Assembly: GCA_016198585.1 (NCBI GenBank)
Contig: JACQII010000016.1
Coordinates: 21,078-85,077, forward strand
Reading direction: 5' to 3'
Source of the DNA: Candidatus Aenigmatarchaeota archaeon
Lineage (GTDB): Archaea; Aenigmatarchaeota; Aenigmatarchaeia; QMZP01
Length of the DNA stretch: 64,000 nucleotides
Positions 56,058 to 64,000 of this stretch are shown here, piece after piece. Each line of letters starts with the position of its first letter. Positions within the stretch are counted from its first letter, which is position 1. Position numbers and translations under genes: made by a program. Under the pieces are notes generated by a model. That model saw nothing but the letters and a program-made list of their open reading frames with translations, was not told the DNA's origin and did not search any database.

Positions 56058-56804
56058 ATGGATCATCCGATCCGCACCGTCCCCTCCCTCTACGTCCAGA
56101 GGACAGGGGAACAGTCCGTCAAGGTCGCGCTCACTCTCACCCGGGCGCGCGACCGCGTCGTCGTCCGGCTCACCGGCGGTTGCGGCGCCATGGCCGCTGC
56201 CGATGCGGCCGGGATGGCCGACCTGTTCTGCGCCGCCTTCTCCGGCTTCGGCGGCGCGATGCTGTTCGGGGGGACGCGGATGGTCGCCAGGGCGGACCCG
56301 AGGGTCGTCGTCCCCGGCATCACGGAGATTCCGCCCCTCGTGCGCGCGCAGAACCCCTGCGTCATCCTCGGCGTCGTCCCGAAGACCGGCGACCTCCGGC
56401 TCGCGGAGATCGGGATGGTGGTGTCGGACGATGCTGCAGGCTACGTGACGATCGTCCATCCGGACCAGGACGTCTGCGTGGTGGTCCAGCCCTCCGCGGA
56501 CGGGATCGCCACCTGGGACGACGAGGCGCGCGTGTGCCGGGAGATCGCCACCGAACTGCGCACGTCCGCCGGGTGGCAGTCCGTCCTCATCGCCTACAAC
56601 GGCGGCGGGACCACCGAGCGGGAAATCCGCGCGTGGGCACCGCACGCCCCCGTGATCCTGATCAAGGGCAGCGGCCGCGCGGCCGACTGCCTTGGCAGCG
56701 ATGCCGCGTTCCTCGCCGCACATCCGCAAGTCAGGGCGGTCCCGAAAGACCGCCAGGCTCTGCGCACCGCACTGATCGTGTGCGGTGTCCTCCCTGTTTC
56801 GTGA
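56058..56804 (+). CDS. SLOG-superfamily protein (TRPM/LSDAT-like), paralog 1
   Basis: RLTGGCGAM, FGGTR, LGVVP, AYNGGGTTEREI, PVILIKGSGRAAD. Confidence 0.72.
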   Translation: MDHPIRTVPSLYVQRTGEQSVKVALTLTRARDRVVVRLTGGCGAMAAADAAGMADLFCAAFSGFGGAMLFGGTRMVARADPRVVVPGITEIPPLVRAQNPCVILGVVPKTGDLRLAEIGMVVSDDAAGYVTIVHPDQDVCVVVQPSADGIATWDDEARVCREIATELRTSAGWQSVLIAYNGGGTTEREIRAWAPHAPVILIKGSGRAADCLGSDAAFLAAHPQVRAVPKDRQALRTALIVCGVLPVS

Positions 56805-56828
56805 GTCCCCCATTCTGGAGTGCGTTCC

Positions 56829-57629
56829 ATGTCCACGCCCTTGACCGTGACTGCTCCCGGCAACAAGGTCCACCTCACCGTGATGAACGCGGACGACGGC
56901 CTGCCGACCGCCTTCGCCCTGATGGGCACGCGCGCGGCGGAGAAGGTCGCCATCCGCATCACCGGTGGCTGCAAGAACATGGGCCCGGAGGACAAGACGG
57001 CGATGCTCGGATACTTCGCCGCCGCGTTCGCGGGCTACCGCGGCGTCGCCTGGTCGGGCGGCACCCGCCAGCTCACGCCGGCCGGGGAGCTCGACCCGAT
57101 GGTCACCGACGTGCCCGGCGTCATCGCCGCCGGCAACGAGGGCTGCGTGGCCCTTGGCACGGTCCCGCGGACCGAGTTCCTTACCCTGCAGGGCGACTCC
57201 CGCCTCGTCCTCGACCAGTGGGGAGCTCTCCCGAACCCCACCATGTCCGGCATCCTGATCGTGCAGAAGGATCCGGATGGGACCCTGGGCTGGGACGGCG
57301 ACCTGAGCGTCTACGTCCAGCTTATGGAGAACTGGAAGCAGTACGCGGGCTTCGCCGCCCTGGGCCTCGTCGTCTGGAACGGCGGCGACGTGACCCTCGA
57401 CGAGATCGTCCTCGCCGCCGCGCGCGGCTGGCCCGTGTTCATCGTCCGCGGTTCCCAGCGCATCGCGGATGCGGTCCTGGCCGCGGTCGAGCGCAACGGG
57501 CTGGTCGCGTACGAGCGCCGCCCGGGCGCGGTGGCGATCCCGAACAAGAGCGTCATCGTCCCCGTGGAGAAGGGCGACCCGGCGACGCTCCGGGCCGCTC
57601 TCCTCACGCACCAGTTCATCGCCGGGTAG
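56829..57629 (+). CDS. SLOG-superfamily protein (TRPM/LSDAT-like), paralog 2
   Basis: RITGGCKNM, SGGTR, LGTVP, VWNGGDVTLDEI, PVFIVRGSQRIAD. Confidence 0.72.
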   Translation: MSTPLTVTAPGNKVHLTVMNADDGLPTAFALMGTRAAEKVAIRITGGCKNMGPEDKTAMLGYFAAAFAGYRGVAWSGGTRQLTPAGELDPMVTDVPGVIAAGNEGCVALGTVPRTEFLTLQGDSRLVLDQWGALPNPTMSGILIVQKDPDGTLGWDGDLSVYVQLMENWKQYAGFAALGLVVWNGGDVTLDEIVLAAARGWPVFIVRGSQRIADAVLAAVERNGLVAYERRPGAVAIPNKSVIVPVEKGDPATLRAALLTHQFIAG

Positions 57630-57774
57630 GGCGGACCCCTCGCCTTCCCCTGGCGGAGCAGGGGACTGGACGCCCCGGGGGCTGCTGTTCGCGAAGCTCG
57701 ACACGCATGCGCGCGAGCGGGCGGCGCAGCGGCAGCTCCCGGGACCCCGAGGCCGCTTTTCGGAGTATCTGACC

Positions 57775-59019
57775 ATGAAGACCGACATGCCGATCATCAA
57801 CTCGCTGCTGGACGTCGACTTCTACAAGTTCACCATGGGCCAGCTGGTGTTCCACCGGCACCGGGACGTGAAGGTGGCCTACGGCTTCACCTGCCGGACC
57901 AAGGGTGTGCACCTCGCGCGGGAGATCGACCTCGGGCAGCTCCGGGAGGAACTCGGACACGTCCGCAGCCTGCGGTTCGGGACCAGTGACCTGCACTACC
58001 TGCGCGGGACCAACGAGTACGGGGAACGCATGTTCCGGGAGGACTACCTGACGTTCCTCCGCGGCCTGCGGCTCCCGAAGTTCCACATCGACTCCACCCC
58101 CGAAGGCGACCTGGTGATGTTGTTCCCGGGGCGCTGGTGCGAGGCGATCTACTGGGAGACCATCGCCCTGGCGATCGTCAACGAGCTCTACGCGCGCTCG
58201 CTGCTGCGCGGGATGGGCACGTTCGCCCGGAAGGCCGTGCATGCCGAAGGCATCCTCCGGCTGCGGCAGAAGATCGCGGCCCTGCGGGATGCGGACTTCA
58301 CCTTCAGCGACTTCGGGACGCGGCGCCGCTTCTCCGGGGCGTGGCAGCGCGAGGTCGTGGAGGCTGTCGCGGCGGAGCTGCCCCGCCAGTTCCGCGGCAC
58401 GTCGAATACGCTGCTGGCCATGCAACTCAGCGTGCTGCCGATGGGCACCTCTGCCCACGAGCTGCCGATGGTGCTGGCTGCCGCGACCGACGACGGGCAC
58501 GACGACGTGGTCCGCGCTTCCCACAACCGGGTCCTGCAGGAGTGGTGGCAAGAGTACGGGGAGGGCCTCTCCATCGCCCTCGCGGACACCTTCGGCACGG
58601 ACTTCTTCCTCAGCGACTTCCAGCGCGAACAGGCTGTCGCGTGGAAGGGCGTGCGCCAGGACTCAGGGGACCCGATCGCGATCGGGGACAAGGTCGTCGC
58701 GTTCTACGAGCGGCACGGGATTGATCCGCGCGGGAAGCTGCTCGTGCCGAGCGACGGCCTCGACCTCGAGGCGATGCTCCGGATCGCGGACCACTTCCGT
58801 GGCCGGATCCGGGTCAGCTTCGGGTGGGGCACCAACCTCACCAACGACCTCGGACTGCCTGCCCTGTCGATCGTCATCAAGGCCGTGCAGGCAAACGGCA
58901 GGGGGACGGTCAAGCTGAGCGACAACCTCGCGAAGGCGACCGGGAGCCCCGCGGACATCGACCGGTACAAGCGGATCTTCGGCTACACCGGCACGCTCAC
59001 TGCGGCGTGCCGCTATTAG
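57775..59019 (+). CDS. pncB: Nicotinate phosphoribosyltransferase
   Basis: LLDVDFYKFTM, DFGTRRR, GTSN, GTSAHE, DTFGT, RQDSGDP, SDGL, FGWGTNL, KLSD. Confidence 0.93.
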   Translation: MKTDMPIINSLLDVDFYKFTMGQLVFHRHRDVKVAYGFTCRTKGVHLAREIDLGQLREELGHVRSLRFGTSDLHYLRGTNEYGERMFREDYLTFLRGLRLPKFHIDSTPEGDLVMLFPGRWCEAIYWETIALAIVNELYARSLLRGMGTFARKAVHAEGILRLRQKIAALRDADFTFSDFGTRRRFSGAWQREVVEAVAAELPRQFRGTSNTLLAMQLSVLPMGTSAHELPMVLAAATDDGHDDVVRASHNRVLQEWWQEYGEGLSIALADTFGTDFFLSDFQREQAVAWKGVRQDSGDPIAIGDKVVAFYERHGIDPRGKLLVPSDGLDLEAMLRIADHFRGRIRVSFGWGTNLTNDLGLPALSIVIKAVQANGRGTVKLSDNLAKATGSPADIDRYKRIFGYTGTLTAACRY

Positions 59020-59029
59020 GGAGCGATCC

Positions 59030-59959
59030 ATGCGCATCCAGACCTTCAGCATCGTCGTCGGCACGCGGGCGTGCAACGCCCACTGCCCGTTCTGCGTCTC
59101 CAAGATGACCGGCTTCAGCGTCCTCCCCAAGGTAGCAGGGATCAACGAGCCGAACCTCGCGAAGGCGTGCCGGTTGGCCCAGCTGGCCGGCACCACCACG
59201 GTCCTGCTCACTGGCAAGGGGGAGCCCACGCTCTACCCGCGCCAGATCACGCGCTACCTGCAGCTGCTGCAGCCCTGGAACTTCCCCTTCATCGAGCTCC
59301 AGACCAACGGCCTGGAGATCGGCGACCTCGCGACTGGCAGGAATTGTCGGCTGACCTTCGAGGACATCGGGACCTGGAAGCAGCTCGGGCTGAACACCGT
59401 CGCTCTCTCCACGGTCGGCGTCAACGACGGCGCGAATGCGATGGTGTACCGGATGACGTACCCTGACCTGGCGACGACGATCTCGTTCCTCCACTCCCAG
59501 GGCTTCACCGTGCGCCTCTGCGTCATGATGCTGCACGGCGATGTCAGTTCCCCGGCCAATGTGAAGGAGCTGATCAGGTACTGCAAGGACCACGGCGTGG
59601 AACAGCTCAAGATCTCGCCCATCCGCAGGCCTGAGTCGTCGGCGAATGCCGAGGTGTCCGCTTTCGTGCGGGAACGCGGCCTGTCCGAGGAGGAGATCGC
59701 GGCCATCGCGACGTGGCTCGACACCAACGGCACCCGCCTGCTGACGCTGATGCACGGCGCCACGGTCTACGACGTCGCTGGCCAGAACGTCTGCCTCAGC
59801 GACTGCCTGACGGTGGGCGGCGCGGACGACGACGTCCGGACCCTGATCTTCTACGCCGACGGCCGCCTGGCCTACGACTGGCAGTACCCCGGCGCGGTCC
59901 TGCTCGGCGGCCTCGAGCCGCCCGAGCAGGCAGCTGCCGCAACGGAGCCCACGCCATGA
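59030..59959 (+). CDS. Radical SAM protein of unknown function
   Basis: CNAHCPFC cluster motif, LTGKGEPTL, LQTNG. Confidence 0.88.
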   Translation: MRIQTFSIVVGTRACNAHCPFCVSKMTGFSVLPKVAGINEPNLAKACRLAQLAGTTTVLLTGKGEPTLYPRQITRYLQLLQPWNFPFIELQTNGLEIGDLATGRNCRLTFEDIGTWKQLGLNTVALSTVGVNDGANAMVYRMTYPDLATTISFLHSQGFTVRLCVMMLHGDVSSPANVKELIRYCKDHGVEQLKISPIRRPESSANAEVSAFVRERGLSEEEIAAIATWLDTNGTRLLTLMHGATVYDVAGQNVCLSDCLTVGGADDDVRTLIFYADGRLAYDWQYPGAVLLGGLEPPEQAAAATEPTP

Positions 59960-60288
59960 AGTTCCGCAACCTGACCCCGCACGAGGTGGTCGTGCAGCTG
60001 TCCGACGGCACCACGCGGGCCTTCCCCTCCGAGGGCGTCGCCCGATTGGATGTCCTGCCCGAGTCCCCTTTCGTGGTCGACGGCATCCCGATCCTGCCGG
60101 CGGTCCGGTACGGCTCGCCGGTCGACCTGCCCCCGGCGGCCGAGGGGACGATGCTCATCGTCTCGCTCATCGTGGCCCAGGCGCTGCCTGGCCGGAACGA
60201 CCTGCTCGCGCCTGCGAGCGACCTCGCCAACGCGATCCGGGGACCGGACGGCATGATCGTCGCTGTCCGGGCCCTGCGGCGCGGCTGA
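59956..60288 (+). CDS. Small NLTPH-motif protein
   Basis: MKFRNLTPHEV...FPSEGVARL...LPPAAEGTMLIVS...RNDLLAP; coupled to the radical SAM gene (ATGA). Confidence 0.7.
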   Translation: MKFRNLTPHEVVVQLSDGTTRAFPSEGVARLDVLPESPFVVDGIPILPAVRYGSPVDLPPAAEGTMLIVSLIVAQALPGRNDLLAPASDLANAIRGPDGMIVAVRALRRG

Positions 60289-60299
60289 CAGATAAGGAG

Positions 60300-60601
60300 A
60301 TGTCCATGAAGATCATCAAGAAGCGGCAGCAGCATCCTACCCTGGCAGCGCTGCGGCGGTTGGCTGGCTGCCAGCCCCGCCGGCGGATCAAGGTGGGAAC
60401 CATCGGCGACCCCGCCAAAGCGACGCTGTGGCTTACCGCGCGCGGCTTGCTTGAGGAGTACCATGTCTATGCCGCAGGAGCGTTCTTTCTCGGAGGGGGG
60501 TACACGCCGCCGTCCCTCTGGCTGGTCCGCCGCTACGGTCTCACCACCTCGGCCTTGAGAGCGCTCCGTTCCCGCGTGGCGGGACAGCGAAGGAGAGCGT
60601 C

Positions 60602-60605
<4 letters not shown>
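60300..60605 (+). CDS. Small basic hypothetical protein
   Basis: AAGGAG SD; stop overlaps the nadE start. Confidence 0.5.
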
Positions 60606-62596
<1,991 letters not shown>

Positions 62597-62600
62597 TCCC

Positions 62601-62639
62601 CAGGAAGGTGCGGTGGTCTCTCCCCACCCCGCCTTCCTG
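62601..62639 (+). terminator. Hairpin after nadE (putative terminator, right edge of island)
   Basis: CAGGAAGG...CCTTCCTG inverted repeat with additional inner pairing; only a weak U-tail. Confidence 0.45.
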
Positions 62640-62720
62640 CGTTGATGTCATCTTAGAGGGATATCCAATCCCGGCGCTTTCCGGAAAACCTTTTAATCCT
62701 TCCCTAGCCAACAAAATTAC

Positions 62721-63200
62721 ATGCCCCACCCCGTTCCCCTGCAAATCTACCGCGACATCCTGGAGTTCGCGCCCAACGCCTGCGTAGACGTAGTGATCAT
62801 GCACCAGGACCGCGTCCTCATGGTGTACCGCGAGCGCGAGCCTGCGAAGCACCAGTGGTGGTTCCCCGGCGGCCGGATCTACAAGAACGAGCTCCTCGAA
62901 GACGCGATCATCCGCAAGGCCCGTGAGGAGGTTGGCCTCGATGTTCGCGTGGTCCGCAAGGTCGGCGTCTATGAAACCCTCTTCCCCCAGGCTGCCCTGC
63001 CTGAGGTCAAATCAGGGGCGCACACCATCAATATCGCCTTCCTCGCCGCCCCACTCACGAGGCAGCCCGAGGTCGTGCTCGACCAGGACCATTCATCGTT
63101 TGTCTGGTGCGCCAGCCCGGCAAAGGATTGGAACCCGTACCTGAAGCAGGTGCTGAAAGATCTGGGCTGGCCGCCCACGAAAGCGGGAAAGAAGCGCTAG
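62721..63200 (+). CDS. Nudix hydrolase (GDP-mannose hydrolase-like)
   Basis: ACVDVVI, EPAKHQWWFPGGRIYKNE...RKAREEVG; TTTTAA element upstream. Confidence 0.82.
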   Translation: MPHPVPLQIYRDILEFAPNACVDVVIMHQDRVLMVYREREPAKHQWWFPGGRIYKNELLEDAIIRKAREEVGLDVRVVRKVGVYETLFPQAALPEVKSGAHTINIAFLAAPLTRQPEVVLDQDHSSFVWCASPAKDWNPYLKQVLKDLGWPPTKAGKKR

Positions 63201-63892
63201 CGCTTCTCCATGACCTTGACGTCGGCCTTGCCATGGGTGAGGTCGTTGATCTTCGCGTAGATGTCCCCCTGCATGCCCGCAGGGATCTCGAGCAGGGCGT
63301 ACCAGCCGTCCCCGCGCCATTCCTCTTCCTTCAGCTGGGCGATGGTGCGGATGATGGACGATGCCCGGCCGGCGGATTCCATCGGCACGTGGACGGCGAT
63401 CTGGAGCCGCTCCATCCGCAGCGGGATGATCGGCTCGAGTTTCTTCAGGATCTCCTCCAACTGGGCTTCTGCTGACTTGAACGGGTCGATCGAGACCTTG
63501 GCCTGCTCCATGGCGTTCATGATCCGCTGGGGCGGATGCGGCAGCCGGGTCTTCGGATCGATGGCTTGGCGCGAGATCAGGGTCGCGAGTTGCTTGCGCT
63601 TCTCCTCGACCATGGTCCGCCGCTGCTCGGTCGTCAGCTGGAGTTCTCCATCACGGAGGATGACCTCGGCGATCTTCACCACGTCGGTCGTTCCGAAGGC
63701 CTTCGTGAGGTCGCTGTCCGGCGCGTGGTCGCCCTTGCGCGCGTCGTTGAAGATTCCCCGCACGGCAAGGATGTTGTCGATCGAGCCGGGCTTGCCCTTC
63801 TTGAAGTTGAGCGCGAGGTCCGGGTCGACGAGGATCTGGAACTCCTTGGTCCGGTGGATCTTCGCAATCACGGCCTTGTCAAGGGAGACCAT
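63197..63892 (-). CDS. sdo1: Ribosome maturation factor SBDS/Sdo1
   Basis: FQILVDPD, IFNDARKG, GELQLTTEQRR, IDPKTRLPHPPQRI, EIPAGMQ. Confidence 0.95.
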   Translation of the reverse strand: MVSLDKAVIAKIHRTKEFQILVDPDLALNFKKGKPGSIDNILAVRGIFNDARKGDHAPDSDLTKAFGTTDVVKIAEVILRDGELQLTTEQRRTMVEEKRKQLATLISRQAIDPKTRLPHPPQRIMNAMEQAKVSIDPFKSAEAQLEEILKKLEPIIPLRMERLQIAVHVPMESAGRASSIIRTIAQLKEEEWRGDGWYALLEIPAGMQGDIYAKINDLTHGKADVKVMEKR

Positions 63893-63914
63893 GCTTCACT
63901 CCAGGAACGAAGCA

Positions 63915-64000
63915 TTAAAAGGATTTCCTCACCTGCGAGGCGGGCAGCACGGTCGCAGTCTTCTCGGTCACGTGCAGGACCTCGATCAGCTCCGGGCTGG
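63915..64000 (-). CDS. C-terminus of a gene entering from outside the window, possibly proteasome alpha subunit
   Basis: ...SPELIEVLHVTEKTATVLPASQVRKSF*; psmA normally precedes SBDS in archaea. Only 27 codons visible. Confidence 0.35.
   Translation of the reverse strand, partial: SPELIEVLHVTEKTATVLPASQVRKSF

Noticed and set aside
62721-63200. Nudix gene as part of the NAD island (ADP-ribose pyrophosphatase or NrtR)
   Set aside because: It is separated by a hairpin, has its own TATA-like element, has no wHTH domain and looks GDP-mannose-hydrolase-like; more likely a host gene, though not excluded.

Overview
The window looks like a high-GC archaeal chromosome segment of DPANN type. This is an inference from the pilin N-termini and the gene set; Aenigmarchaeota-like is plausible but unproven. 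Host genes include ksgA, a DRG GTPase and a complete type IV/Tad-like pilus locus with at least seven class III signal-peptide proteins. They also include a classical (Gram-positive/eukaryote-type) lower mevalonate pathway (mvk, PMK, mvaD), ftsZ, sepF, oapABC, nreA, apt, psmB, aCPSF1 and the exosome superoperon (rrp4-rrp41-rrp42-rpl37ae-rpoP-pfdB). There are five tRNA genes and all carry introns: six introns in total, three at non-canonical positions. Two regions stand out. (1) A ~16 kb, single-strand, bacterial-looking island (about 46.8-62.6 kb) lies between sdo1/SBDS and rrp4. It encodes PPK2, a FliA/WhiG-type sigma factor, ParB and a lipoprotein. These are followed by a compact operon joining a TerY-P-like triad (PP2C, kinase, vWA) to NAD+ salvage (nicotinamidase, PncB, glutamine-dependent NadE), two TRPM/LSDAT-like SLOG proteins, a radical SAM enzyme and an NLTPH-motif protein. 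This operon is the best candidate for an undescribed system. (2) A ~1.9 kb apparently non-coding region after tRNA-Gly holds two sibling ~73-nt structured units with compensatory base changes and C/U-rich loops. All calls come from reading motifs by eye; no searches were run.
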